Source of the DNA: a bacterium
GTDB lineage: Bacteria > Patescibacteriota > SICC01
NCBI GenBank assembly: GCA_030699935.1
Contig: JAUYKS010000014.1
Location: forward strand, 1-54,037
Length of the DNA: 54,037 nt
Reading direction: 5' to 3'
This document shows positions 1-9,104 of the stretch, one piece after another (position 1 is the stretch's first letter; each line of letters opens with the position of its first letter). A model generated the notes under the pieces. It was not told where the DNA came from. It ran no database searches and saw only the letters and a list, made by a program, of their open reading frames with translations. The position numbers were made by a program, and so were the translations under genes.

Positions 1-23
1 AATAGGAGTTCGTAGGTTTTCAT
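1..23 (-). CDS. rpsF: 5' end of probable 30S ribosomal protein S6 (runs off window)
   Basis: Reverse strand reads ATG AAA ACC TAC GAA CTC CTA (MKTYELL), a typical S6 start. A co-oriented ychF lies upstream (ychF-rpsF synteny is common) and a strong promoter precedes it. Only 7 codons are visible. Confidence 0.5.
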
Positions 24-155
24 GCTTCTCGTGGACTGATGCCCCGTCCGGTCGCGAATCGATCGATTCGGGGGAAAAGCTCAGTACGACTCAGTGTATC
101 GTCGTGGAGTGCTAGAGACAAGCGTCGGACGAGCAATAAAGGAACGAGTAATCCA

Positions 156-184
156 ATGGTAGCTTGCTTCTATGAGGATGTCAA
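156..184 (-). promoter_or_regulatory. sigma70-type promoter for the putative rpsF operon
   Basis: Minus strand TTGACA-N17-TACCAT. Confidence 0.7.
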
Positions 185-205
185 GCGGGAGTATCATCGA
201 ACCAC

Positions 206-1135
206 ATGGCGCGCACGCGGACACCGCAGGTTGAGGGGGAAGACCGGCAGGTCGAAGGCGTCGACTTTCCGGTCGAGTACGCGGAGTTGCCCAAGCCGGA
301 ACTGGCCGAGGCGCTTGAGAATCCGTTCGAGGGGTACCGCGTCTACTCGGACGTGACTGACCGCAAGGAACTCGAGGCGTTCGCCGAGAGCAAGGTCGCG
401 GAGAACGCGAGCATCATCGGCACGGAAATCTGGGTGCTTTGGAACGAGGAGACCGGTGCGACCTACATCGCCGACCGGCGTCCCGCGCCGTGGCAGGCGC
501 TGGTCCAACGGGAGGCGGGATTCACGCGGTACTACGGACACGCCCGGCAAGAGCGCGGCGGCTTCATCCCGCCGGGCGAGGTCACGTCTCCGTACTGCAC
601 GATAGCGTCCATCAGTATCGACCGAGACTTCGGTTGGGAGGCCGACTACCTCGCCGTCCGGGACCGGTTGTCGGAGCCGTTCACGGCGGAGTCGGCCGGC
701 GAGTCGGACGAGGAGTTCTGCGCCCTGGTGCTCGAGGCGGCGGACCGGAAGACCGTCAAAGCGAAAAGCTTCCAAGGGTACGTCCTCCGGAGACCGGGCA
801 GCGGGACGTTGGGTATGGGAGACGATCGGGTCTCCATAGAACCGCCGGTCGAACTAGACGTTCCCGAGATTCCCGGTCTGTCCGAAGGTTCCTTCGCGGA
901 TATGCTGGTGGGCGGGAACGGCCTCGGTCTCTGCAAATACCGCGGCGAACTGCCGTCGATCGACGGCTTGTCCGGCGAATGGGTCGCGCTGGAATTCGGT
1001 CCGCGGCAGCTGGACCAGCAGGCGTTCATGGAGATCGTCGCCGCGCGGATCGGCCACGGCGCCCGCGTCCACGTGGAAGGGGTCAGCGGCCAGGCGAGGG
1101 TGCTGATTCCGATCAAGTTCGGCTTCGCGGAGTAA
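206..1135 (+). CDS. hypothetical acidic protein
   Basis: 309-aa ORF with coding-like composition; TATCAT 8 nt upstream of ATG; no family recognised. Confidence 0.7.
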   Translation: MARTRTPQVEGEDRQVEGVDFPVEYAELPKPELAEALENPFEGYRVYSDVTDRKELEAFAESKVAENASIIGTEIWVLWNEETGATYIADRRPAPWQALVQREAGFTRYYGHARQERGGFIPPGEVTSPYCTIASISIDRDFGWEADYLAVRDRLSEPFTAESAGESDEEFCALVLEAADRKTVKAKSFQGYVLRRPGSGTLGMGDDRVSIEPPVELDVPEIPGLSEGSFADMLVGGNGLGLCKYRGELPSIDGLSGEWVALEFGPRQLDQQAFMEIVAARIGHGARVHVEGVSGQARVLIPIKFGFAE

Positions 1136-1157
1136 GAATCGCGGAGTAACCGTTATC

Positions 1158-1802
1158 TCAATCGACGTGGATCGTCAGATCGGTGCGGGCGCGCACGTCG
1201 TACTTCTTAAGATATTTTTCGTACAAAATACGGAAATTCCGTTCAAATATCCTGGACCGTTCCCTGGTTTGGTAATTGTCACCACGAACTGCAATGTGCC
1301 GCTTGAGTCGCCGCCGATCAGCCTCATCCCAAGAGCCATCGAGGTAGATCAGCCGGTCGATCTCCGGACCGGCGGGTGACCTGAACAGCAGACTGCCTTC
1401 CAGCAGCATTGCCGGTTTCGACAGGTCGTATTCGACCGTCCGGTCGTAGTCGTCGGTATCCCGGTTATAAATCTGAGAAGTAAATTTGGCGTCGGACCGG
1501 CGGTATGCGTTGATAACCCGTTCGAATTCCTCGTACTGGTACCAACCCGATTTTTTCCAATCCAGTTGCCAGTTGGCTTCAGACCGGATCGCGTCTCGGA
1601 CAGCTCGCTTGGCCAGGTAATCGTCAAGACGGACTTGCAGCAAATCCGGTAACTGCTGACGAAGGTACTCGTGCAAAGTAGTTTTTCCGACCGCACTGTA
1701 GCCCTCGATACCGATAACCAGTTTGAGTTTGTGATCGGCGTCTTTGAGCCAGCGCTCCACCTGTTCAAGGATCGGCTCGGCGATCTTTTCGATCTTTTTC
1801 AT
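1158..1802 (-). CDS. uridine kinase-like P-loop NTPase
   Basis: VIGIEGYSAVGKTT Walker A, LDDY and LLEGSLL motifs of the uridine/phosphoribulokinase family; start overlaps the ychF stop. Confidence 0.7.
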   Translation of the reverse strand: MKKIEKIAEPILEQVERWLKDADHKLKLVIGIEGYSAVGKTTLHEYLRQQLPDLLQVRLDDYLAKRAVRDAIRSEANWQLDWKKSGWYQYEEFERVINAYRRSDAKFTSQIYNRDTDDYDRTVEYDLSKPAMLLEGSLLFRSPAGPEIDRLIYLDGSWDEADRRRLKRHIAVRGDNYQTRERSRIFERNFRILYEKYLKKYDVRARTDLTIHVD

Positions 1803-2944
1803 GACCCGTGCCGGATGTGCATGACGTCGCCGTCCTGGACGACGTAGTCCTTGCCTTCCGTCCGCTGCTTGCCGGCGTCGCGCGCGGCTGATTCGGAGCC
1901 GGCGGCGACGTAGTCGTCGTACCCGATCACCTCGGCGCGGATGAACTTGTCCTCGAAGTCGCCGTGGATCGTGCCGGCGGCCTGCGGGGCGGACGAGCCG
2001 GCCTTGATCGGCCAGGCGCGCGCCTCCTTCGGTCCGGCGGTGTAGAAGGTGATCAGGTCGAGCAGCTCGTACCCGGCGCGAATGAACCGGTTGAGGTTCG
2101 GCTCCTCGAGCCCGACGTCCTTCAGGAAGTCCGTGCGCTCTTCGGGCGCCAGCGCGCCGATCTCGGCTTCGATCTTGGCGGAGACCGCGACGATTCCCAT
2201 GCCGCCGTCTTCGGGTCCGCCTTGTTCTTGGGCCCAGCGTTCCGCCTCCTGATAGAAACTGTTCGTGCCGGGCTTGGCGACGTCACCCTCGTCGACGTTC
2301 GCGACCACGATCATCGGCTTCAGCGTGATCAACGGGAGCGGCGGTCCGGCGGCGAGCTTCTTCCGTTCGTCGGCGTTGAATTCGGTGGCCGCCGCACTCG
2401 CCGGCTGCTCGCCGTCGAATGCCGCCGCGATCCGCTTCAGCAGTTCCAGACGTTCGGCAGCCTCCTTGCCGGCGGTGCCGGATCCTTTGGCTTCCTTCTC
2501 CAGCGGGCGCAGGAGTTTTTCCAAAGTCTGCTGATCGGCCAGGATCAGCTCCAGTAGCACCGTCCGGAGGTCGTCGACGGGGTTGAGCTTGCCGGCCACG
2601 TGGGTGACTTCGGAATCCTCGAAGCAGCGGACGACCAGCGCGACCGCGGTAGTCTCGCGGATGTGGCTGAGGAACTGGTTCCCGAGCCCCTCGCCCTTAT
2701 TCGCCCCGGCGACCAGCCCGGCGATGTCGACGAACTTCACGGTGGCGGGGACGACCTGCTCCGGCTTCACCAGTTCGGCGAGCTTCGCCAGCCGCGGATC
2801 GGGCACATCAACGATGCCCTCGTTCGGCTCGATCGTGGTGAACGGCCGGTTGGCGGCCTCGGCCTGCGCGCGTTCGAGCAGCGCGTTGAAGAGCGTGGAC
2901 TTGCCGACGTTCGGGAGGCCGACGATGCCGATGGAGAGGGACAT
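1799..2944 (-). CDS. ychF: redox-regulated ATPase YchF
   Basis: GIVGLPNVGKSTLFN, FTTIEPN, DIAGLV..GEGLGNQFL, C-terminal TGS domain (GKDYVVQDGD); start reassigned to MSLSIG at 2944. Confidence 0.97.
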   Translation of the reverse strand: MSLSIGIVGLPNVGKSTLFNALLERAQAEAANRPFTTIEPNEGIVDVPDPRLAKLAELVKPEQVVPATVKFVDIAGLVAGANKGEGLGNQFLSHIRETTAVALVVRCFEDSEVTHVAGKLNPVDDLRTVLLELILADQQTLEKLLRPLEKEAKGSGTAGKEAAERLELLKRIAAAFDGEQPASAAATEFNADERKKLAAGPPLPLITLKPMIVVANVDEGDVAKPGTNSFYQEAERWAQEQGGPEDGGMGIVAVSAKIEAEIGALAPEERTDFLKDVGLEEPNLNRFIRAGYELLDLITFYTAGPKEARAWPIKAGSSAPQAAGTIHGDFEDKFIRAEVIGYDDYVAAGSESAARDAGKQRTEGKDYVVQDGDVMHIRHGS

Positions 2945-2948
2945 CGCG

Positions 2949-3215
2949 TTACTTCTTTTCCTCACGAAGGGTGTGCAGCGTGGCGACCACCGAGGGATTA
3001 TCGCTCGGAAGATACGTAACCCGGCTTCCGTATACTTCCTCGAGTGCGCCGAAGAACTCATCTGCCCACGAGGGCGAGAGCGAAAGCACGCCGGCAAAAT
3101 CGATTTCCACCTCGCCAGCGTCCACGTCCAGCGTGGGACGGATGGCGGCGAACGCCTCCTTGCCCGCGGGGCGGGAGGTCAGGACTTCTCCGAATTTTCT
3201 CAGTTCGATTCTCAT
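2949..3215 (-). CDS. STAS-like domain protein (DUF4325-type)
   Basis: FGEVLTSRPAGKEAF...VEIDFAGV..LSPSWADEF pattern; lies downstream of a HATPase gene. Confidence 0.8.
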   Translation of the reverse strand: MRIELRKFGEVLTSRPAGKEAFAAIRPTLDVDAGEVEIDFAGVLSLSPSWADEFFGALEEVYGSRVTYLPSDNPSVVATLHTLREEKK

Positions 3216-3222
3216 TTACTTG

Positions 3223-3966
3223 TCAGTACTCGATCTTAGTTACTACACCACGAACGTTATTGCCCGCCAGACCTATCTTCAAGCGGCCGTCTTTTTTCCC
3301 GACGGTCGCGACGGCGGTTCCCGACTGCAGGCTGATGGCGATCGGGTTTCCCTCCGCCACGTCCCGCACGTACTTCAGGCCGTTTCCTCTTTGCTCGGGG
3401 GATCGCCCCGATACGTACTCGGTCATCGCGACCTCCAGGGCGGTGACGTCATCCTGCAAGTCGGCCCGGACCCTTGATAACGTCGCCCTGATTCCCACTC
3501 CTCGGTCGGCTAGCACGACGATACGCTTGTTATGGTCATACGAGAAAAATATGCCCGGCACGTCCGGCCAGCTCCCCAAGTTGTGGTCGAACGAATTGTT
3601 ACCGACTTCGCCGGCCACCGACGTCACCAGGGAAGCTGACGCGAGCCCGTCCGCACCTGCCTGGATGACTTTTGCCATGCGTTCCAGTCTCGCTCGGAAG
3701 CGGTCTTGCGTATCCGAATAGCAGCCCTGGGGAATTTCCGGTGCGACCTCGCTGGCGGCCCAGGCGTTCGCGAGGCCGAAGGAATCACCGCGGAACCGTT
3801 CGAGCGTTTCGCGCTGGTAGTACCGGTGCCCGCCGGGGCTTTTCAGGGCTCGTAACGTCCCGATGGCATCCCAGCGGCGCAGCGTCTGCATGGAAACCCC
3901 CAGGTAGGCGGCTGCTTCGCTGATCGGCATAGGACCGGACTCGCCAGATTTTGATCTGCTGTTCAT
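3223..3966 (-). CDS. MerR/excisionase-type HTH fused to a histidine-kinase-like ATPase domain
   Basis: ISEAAAYLGVSMQTLRRWD...GGHRYY HTH; EVGNNSFDHN, LADRGVGI and RGNGLKYV GHKL boxes. Confidence 0.85.
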   Translation of the reverse strand: MNSRSKSGESGPMPISEAAAYLGVSMQTLRRWDAIGTLRALKSPGGHRYYQRETLERFRGDSFGLANAWAASEVAPEIPQGCYSDTQDRFRARLERMAKVIQAGADGLASASLVTSVAGEVGNNSFDHNLGSWPDVPGIFFSYDHNKRIVVLADRGVGIRATLSRVRADLQDDVTALEVAMTEYVSGRSPEQRGNGLKYVRDVAEGNPIAISLQSGTAVATVGKKDGRLKIGLAGNNVRGVVTKIEY

Positions 3967-4034
3967 GTATAGATATGGTACTAAAAACTATACAAAAGTC
4001 AATATATCTATACAAAAAACCAAATATCTATACA
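3966..4034. promoter_or_regulatory. repeated operator-like motif overlapping the HTH-HATPase promoter
   Basis: TGTATAGATAT (3966-3976) is the inverse of ATATCTATACA (4004-4014, 4024-4034), with a partial CTATACA at 3988; overlaps minus-strand TTGACT-N16-TACCAT. Confidence 0.65.
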
Positions 4035-4219
4035 TTTGTTAAACCCAACCAGGCCAGCGAGTTTGGCCAGCCTTGATGAAGTTGACTTTCGGCGTAACGA
4101 AGGTACTATTACCGGTTCGCACTTTACCATCGAGGTTCCCGGAGACGAGAAAAGACAAGGAGAAGAGGGCTCGTCCCCGGGAATCTCATAGGGAGATTTC
4201 CTTGTAAGGAAGGAATCAC

Positions 4220-5251
4220 ATGCCACGGTGGGATGATGAGGATGTTCACCTCGGTGGCCGAGGCGAAGGAGGGAGGAACGAACCGGAAAGTCCTCCGCCT
4301 GGAGCGATAATCGGATCGGTCGTCGGCGTCCTGTGTGTCATCGCCGTCCTGTTCCTGCTTATCGCCTGGCCGTTCAAGAAGCCGCCCGCCGACCAGTGGG
4401 CGGTCAGCTACGGAGGCGGGCCCTTCGAGAGCCAGCACTACCAGGGGACGTTCGAGCCCGGCTCGAGCTTCCGGTTCAACGGATGGTTCGACAAGTGGTT
4501 CGAGTACCCGGCGACGGTGCGCTCGTACATCGTCTCTAAGAAAGGTGACGAAGGTGACGTGGACAGCAAAGATGCGATCCTCGCCACGACCAGCGATCAG
4601 CAGTTGGTCCAGTACGAGATCGTCACCAACTTCAAGCTCAACACGAACCTGCTCCGGAAGTTCCACGAGCAGTTGGGATTGAAGTTCAAGGCCTGGGAGG
4701 AGAGCGGCTGGGACCGGATGCTTCGGGATTCGTTCCGACAGCAGCTCGAGAACAGCCTCCAGACCATTTCCCGGCGCTTCGACGTCGAGGAAGTCTGGTC
4801 GAGCAGTGCCGCCCTGGCAGAAATCGAGGATGAGCTCGGAATCGCGTTCAACCAGAAGGTCATTTCCCAGCTGGGGGATGAGTACTTCTGCGGCCCCTCG
4901 TTCATCCACGACGAACCGGTCGAGGTCGAAGTTCCTCGTCAGAAGAACGGCGAGATCGTGACCGAGATCGTGACCACGCAATGTCCTCCGCTCGAGGTGA
5001 AGGTCAAGCAGGTGACGATTCCCAAGGAAGTGCAGGACGCTTTCGAGGAAAACCGGACGTCGGAAATCAAGATCAAGACGAAGGAGAACGAAGTCCGGCA
5101 GCGGCGCGAAGAACGCCTGGCGATCCGCCAGCTTCAGAACGTCCTATCACCGAACTACGTCCTGCTCAAAGCGATCGAGGAAGGAAAGATCAAGTTCTGG
5201 GTCCTGCCCGGAAGTAGTGATTTGACCCTCCAGACTCCGAACGCTCCCTGA
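4220..5251 (+). CDS. SPFH/Band-7 domain membrane protein
   Basis: N-terminal TM helix, SPFH-like core, C-terminal coiled coil ending NYVLLKAIEEGKIKFWVLP; SD-like AGGAAGGA. Confidence 0.75.
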   Translation: MPRWDDEDVHLGGRGEGGRNEPESPPPGAIIGSVVGVLCVIAVLFLLIAWPFKKPPADQWAVSYGGGPFESQHYQGTFEPGSSFRFNGWFDKWFEYPATVRSYIVSKKGDEGDVDSKDAILATTSDQQLVQYEIVTNFKLNTNLLRKFHEQLGLKFKAWEESGWDRMLRDSFRQQLENSLQTISRRFDVEEVWSSSAALAEIEDELGIAFNQKVISQLGDEYFCGPSFIHDEPVEVEVPRQKNGEIVTEIVTTQCPPLEVKVKQVTIPKEVQDAFEENRTSEIKIKTKENEVRQRREERLAIRQLQNVLSPNYVLLKAIEEGKIKFWVLPGSSDLTLQTPNAP

Positions 5252-5388
5252 CCATTACCAATCGCCCGCGGCGGGTTCGGACTGCTAGACAGTACTGTTA
5301 GCAGTCCCCCCGCCCGGGTGTCGTTACGCATAGCGTCTGACGAGACCTGGGAAGTTCAGGTCGAAACGGTAGGCCTCGATGGAGCGAC

Positions 5389-5661
5389 ATGGCCCATGGT
5401 ACAGTGCAGGGTCGTCGTACATTCGAATCCGCACATTCCAACCTACATCCGACAGAAAGGGACACCTTGGATCTCTTGTTTACGCTGGCGTTCATGGGCC
5501 CGCTGACCGTACTGATGTTCACTCCGGCCATCGTCACGATCCGCGAGCTCTTCCAGAAAGGATTCACGATCCTCCGACTTGCGTCCGCCCTTTGGTTCAC
5601 CGTTTCCATGGGCTGGATCATGCCGTACTTCTGGCTGACGTACTTCGGATACTTCGACTAA
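5389..5661 (+). CDS. small hypothetical membrane protein
   Basis: 90 aa, two hydrophobic segments, GGAG before ATG, terminator follows. Confidence 0.55.
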   Translation: MAHGTVQGRRTFESAHSNLHPTERDTLDLLFTLAFMGPLTVLMFTPAIVTIRELFQKGFTILRLASALWFTVSMGWIMPYFWLTYFGYFD

Positions 5662-5707
5662 AAGGCTCTTCGGTGATGCGCCACATCAACCATCGGAGAG
5701 TCTTTTT
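5662..5707 (+). terminator. intrinsic terminator-like hairpin
   Basis: AAGGCTCTTCGGTG pairs with CATCGGAGAGTCTT, followed by a T-run. Confidence 0.65.
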
Positions 5708-5754
5708 ACTTTAAGAAAAGTGTTATCAATCCAGTTCGGAAGTATATTGACCAA

Positions 5755-7323
5755 ATGAAGCCAGCCAAACGGCCTATTCCTTCAGATGTCCGCGAAAAGG
5801 TGCTCGGGCGTGACGGGTATCAGTGTAATGAATGTGGTGCCCGCAAAGATGACGGGGCCGTTCTTCATTTGCACCACGTCATCGAAGAGCAGTTTGGCGG
5901 TACTGAGGATCCGGACAATCTTATTACGCTTTGCGACATTCATCACAATACGGTCCATATCGGTTTCCAGGCGTACTATCCGGAAAGCAGGAAGACCATC
6001 GTCCGGATGGCCGCCATCACCCGGGCGTTGCTTGATTTTATTTGGAGCGCCCTGCCCGTGACCCCGGCATGGCGAGCCCGCCTAGTCCTTAAGTTTCTGA
6101 CCGGCAAGACTAAGTTTCGTCGAGGACAATGGCCGGTGATCAAGGCGTTGTCTAGGAACGAGAACGTCTTATTCGTAACACCGACGGGATCAGGTAAGTC
6201 CTTGTGCTATCAGCTGCCGGGCCTGCTTCGCAACGATCCCACGTTGGTAATCTCTCCGTTGAAGGTGCTTGTGAGGGAGCAAGCTGCTTTTCTTGCCAAG
6301 AAGAAGATTCCGGCGACGTTTATCAATAGCGACGTTGGCGCGCAGGATAAGCGGAACCGGATAGCGATGATCCGCGACAAGCTTTTCCGATTCGTGTTCG
6401 TCACTCCCGAACGATTCTATGGAAAGTCTTTTCATGCGGATAGTCCGCTGCTGATTCGTTATGGACTGCTCGCTGTCGACGAGGCGCATTGCATTGATAA
6501 ATGGGGTCGGCATTTTCGACCGGCCTACGCGCAATTAGGGACCTTGCGGAATCATCTCAACAAGCCACCGACGCTGGCGCTGACCGCATCGGCTTCGAAG
6601 GACGCGCAGGACCGGATACTGCGCTCCCTCAAGATGTCGCAAGCGAAACGGGTGGTGACGGGTTTCTATCGACCGGAAATCCGCTTGAAGACAAAGCTTA
6701 TCAAGTCCCATCGCACCACCGATGATCGAGAGCTCTTTGCTCGAAAACTGGAAGCACTCACGCGCTTTGTAGACAATAAGCCGCAAAAGACGATCATCTT
6801 CGTACCTACGATCGGAATCGGCGACCGCATCCTTCCGGCCCTCCATGATTCGGTTCAATTCTTTCATTCCAAGAAAGATGCGAAGGAGCGGGAAGCAACG
6901 TACCAACGCTTCCGGGAGGGGAAACGAAGCATCCTGATCGCCACTTCGGCGTTCGGCATGGGACTTAATATTCCGGATATCCGTCGGGTAGTGCACTGGA
7001 GCATCCCGGCGAATCTAGAAGAGTATTACCAGCAAGTAGGCCGGGCCGGTCGGGATGGCAAGGTCGCTCAAGCACTCCTGCTGTATGCTCCCGGGGACGA
7101 AGGACTGACCCGATGGATGAATAAGAAAGCCTTGGAATCGGCAACCCACTTAGGAACGAAGGATCGCGCTTCCGTCGGGTCTATCGAAGAGCGGGAGCTG
7201 CGGGAAATGCTCGACTATTTGCGTGCAAAAGATAAATGGCGTTACGTACTCGACTACTTCGGGGAACGGCAGACCTGGCTCAGCATGTTTGCCAAGAGTC
7301 TGTGGCGATCCGTACGGTACTAA
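5755..7323 (+). CDS. HNH endonuclease-RecQ family helicase fusion
   Basis: RDGYQCNECG...LHLHH...GG...NLITLCDIHH (HNH); TPTGSGKSLCYQLP, VDEAHCIDKWG, LTASA, ATSAFGMGLN, YYQQVGRAGRDG (RecQ). Confidence 0.9.
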   Translation: MKPAKRPIPSDVREKVLGRDGYQCNECGARKDDGAVLHLHHVIEEQFGGTEDPDNLITLCDIHHNTVHIGFQAYYPESRKTIVRMAAITRALLDFIWSALPVTPAWRARLVLKFLTGKTKFRRGQWPVIKALSRNENVLFVTPTGSGKSLCYQLPGLLRNDPTLVISPLKVLVREQAAFLAKKKIPATFINSDVGAQDKRNRIAMIRDKLFRFVFVTPERFYGKSFHADSPLLIRYGLLAVDEAHCIDKWGRHFRPAYAQLGTLRNHLNKPPTLALTASASKDAQDRILRSLKMSQAKRVVTGFYRPEIRLKTKLIKSHRTTDDRELFARKLEALTRFVDNKPQKTIIFVPTIGIGDRILPALHDSVQFFHSKKDAKEREATYQRFREGKRSILIATSAFGMGLNIPDIRRVVHWSIPANLEEYYQQVGRAGRDGKVAQALLLYAPGDEGLTRWMNKKALESATHLGTKDRASVGSIEERELREMLDYLRAKDKWRYVLDYFGERQTWLSMFAKSLWRSVRY

Positions 7324-8324
7324 CCCTTCCCGTGAAACTTCTTATGCACCTCCCGCAGCTGGGGGTTGGTGACGTGGGTGTAGACCTGGGTCGTGGTGAT
7401 CGAGGCATGGCCGAGCATCTGCTGGACGGACCGGATGTCTGCACCGTTCCGGAGCAGCCCGGTCGCGAAGCTGTGGCGCAGCGTGTGCGGGGTCACGTCT
7501 TTCACCAGTCCGGCGGCTGCCGTGTACTTCTTGATGATCCGCTGGATCGACCGCGGCGTGAGCCGGAGGTCCGCGCCGTCCGCCTCCCCGTCCGCCTTGC
7601 CTGACTTTCCGCCACCAACCGAATCGCTCCGCGTGAGCAACGGCTTCATCGCGGACTTCCGCTTCAGCAGATAGGCGCGCAGGTGCTCGGCGGCGCGGTC
7701 GGAGAGGAAGACGAGCCGCGGCTTGTCGCCCTTGCCGCGCACCATGAACTCGCCGCGCTCGGCGTTCACCTGATCGGTATCCAGCGAGCAGAGTTCGGAG
7801 ACGCGGAGGCCGGTGGAGTAGAGTAGTTCGAGGATCGCGCGGTCGCGGAGGCTGGTGAACGTATCCTTGGTCCCGGCGGATTCGAGCAGGCGCTCGGTCT
7901 CCTCCGGCGTCAGGAACTCGACGCTGCGGCGCTCGGTCTTGCCGAGCTCGATCTTGTCGGCGGCCAGTGTCTTCACGTCCCGCTTGGCGAGGTACTTCAG
8001 CAACGCCCGGATCGCGATCACGTGGTAGTTCTGGGTGAGCCGGCCCAGCTCGCCGGTGGCGCCGTCTCCGGGCCGGTTCGGCTGGCGGTTCAGCCAAAGC
8101 CGGAAGGACCGGACCGCGTCGATCGAGATGTCCGACGGCTTGGTGACGCCATTCTTGGCGCCCCAGGCCGCGAACCGCCCGAGGTAGTGGTCGTAGTTCC
8201 GGAGGGTGAGCCGCGAGAGCTGCTTCTCCACCTCGCAGTACTCGAGGAACTGCGTGATCGCTTCCGCGAGTTCGGTCTTCACGCGCACAGGCTTCGCTTC
8301 TTTCGGTGTCGCTTTTTCCGGCAT
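7320..8324 (-). CDS. tyrosine recombinase, XerC/XerD family
   Basis: RDRAILELLYSTGLRVSEL, VRGKGDK, HTLRHSFAT, LGHASITTTQVYTH. Confidence 0.95.
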   Translation of the reverse strand: MPEKATPKEAKPVRVKTELAEAITQFLEYCEVEKQLSRLTLRNYDHYLGRFAAWGAKNGVTKPSDISIDAVRSFRLWLNRQPNRPGDGATGELGRLTQNYHVIAIRALLKYLAKRDVKTLAADKIELGKTERRSVEFLTPEETERLLESAGTKDTFTSLRDRAILELLYSTGLRVSELCSLDTDQVNAERGEFMVRGKGDKPRLVFLSDRAAEHLRAYLLKRKSAMKPLLTRSDSVGGGKSGKADGEADGADLRLTPRSIQRIIKKYTAAAGLVKDVTPHTLRHSFATGLLRNGADIRSVQQMLGHASITTTQVYTHVTNPQLREVHKKFHGKG

Positions 8325-8407
8325 GCGCCTGCATTGTGCGACATCTGGCGTGGAAAGGACAGTCGGGGGATAGTGGTAAGTGAAGCCTTTTAGTACCCTG
8401 GAACGTC

Positions 8408-9103
8408 ATGGAAATACCAAACTTCTCATACCGTCCGGAAGGTGAGCCTGTCACCCGGGAGATAATGCTGAATCCCAAGGACTCGGCGCGGAACCGCCTG
8501 CTGATCGACAGGCTTAGGCCGGAGACCGATTGCGAGGTCTCGATCGGCGACTTCACGATCCGGATCGAACCCGCCGGATCCGCCTACCGCCTCAAAGGCA
8601 ACCGGCAGATGGGCGTCATCGGGCCCGGCCAAGCGTTCATGCTCACGCAAAGCGTGGATGGGCGATCGGAGGAGCGGTTGCTGTGCTCGATCGAGAACGC
8701 CGAGGGAGGGCTGCACATCGAGGACAGGGGGTCGGAAGTGGATACGCGGGTCAAGTTCCCGTACGACGTGGAATTCGCACTGGATCACGCCGGCGTGATC
8801 CGGAGCCCGGAGGATCCCGACGCGATGGACGAACTTCACTTCCAACTACGTGACCTCGCGGAACGGAACCTGGGCGGCTATTCCGACCACGCCTTCGCCC
8901 GCGAGACGTATAAGGAGCGCATCCTGGAAGCGCTGACCGAGCATCCGGTGGTCCTTTCCGCTTCGCTCTTCGAACGGTTGGAACGGGAGGAAGTCGAGCT
9001 GGAGGCATTGTCCCAGGACGAACGCCGGTACGCGTTCGGCGAGGCGTTCGAAGCCGTCAAGCAATACTGCGAACAGGACCTCGAAGAGGACTACGGCTGT
9101 TAG
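8408..9103 (+). CDS. hypothetical acidic protein, possible degenerate FHA-like N-terminus
   Basis: 231-aa ORF; LHIEDRGS..DTRV resembles the FHA terminal strand motif. Confidence 0.6.
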   Translation: MEIPNFSYRPEGEPVTREIMLNPKDSARNRLLIDRLRPETDCEVSIGDFTIRIEPAGSAYRLKGNRQMGVIGPGQAFMLTQSVDGRSEERLLCSIENAEGGLHIEDRGSEVDTRVKFPYDVEFALDHAGVIRSPEDPDAMDELHFQLRDLAERNLGGYSDHAFARETYKERILEALTEHPVVLSASLFERLEREEVELEALSQDERRYAFGEAFEAVKQYCEQDLEEDYGC

Positions 9104-9104
9104 C

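Noticed and set aside
206-1135. Faint resemblance to SAM hydrolase (DFG, PGSGT) or a HATPase C-terminus
   Set aside because: Motif spacing is inconsistent; cannot be supported without a profile search
7320-8324. Tyrosine recombinase as a prophage or island integrase
   Set aside because: Looks like a housekeeping Xer with core-like composition; no att repeats, phage genes or dif site seen
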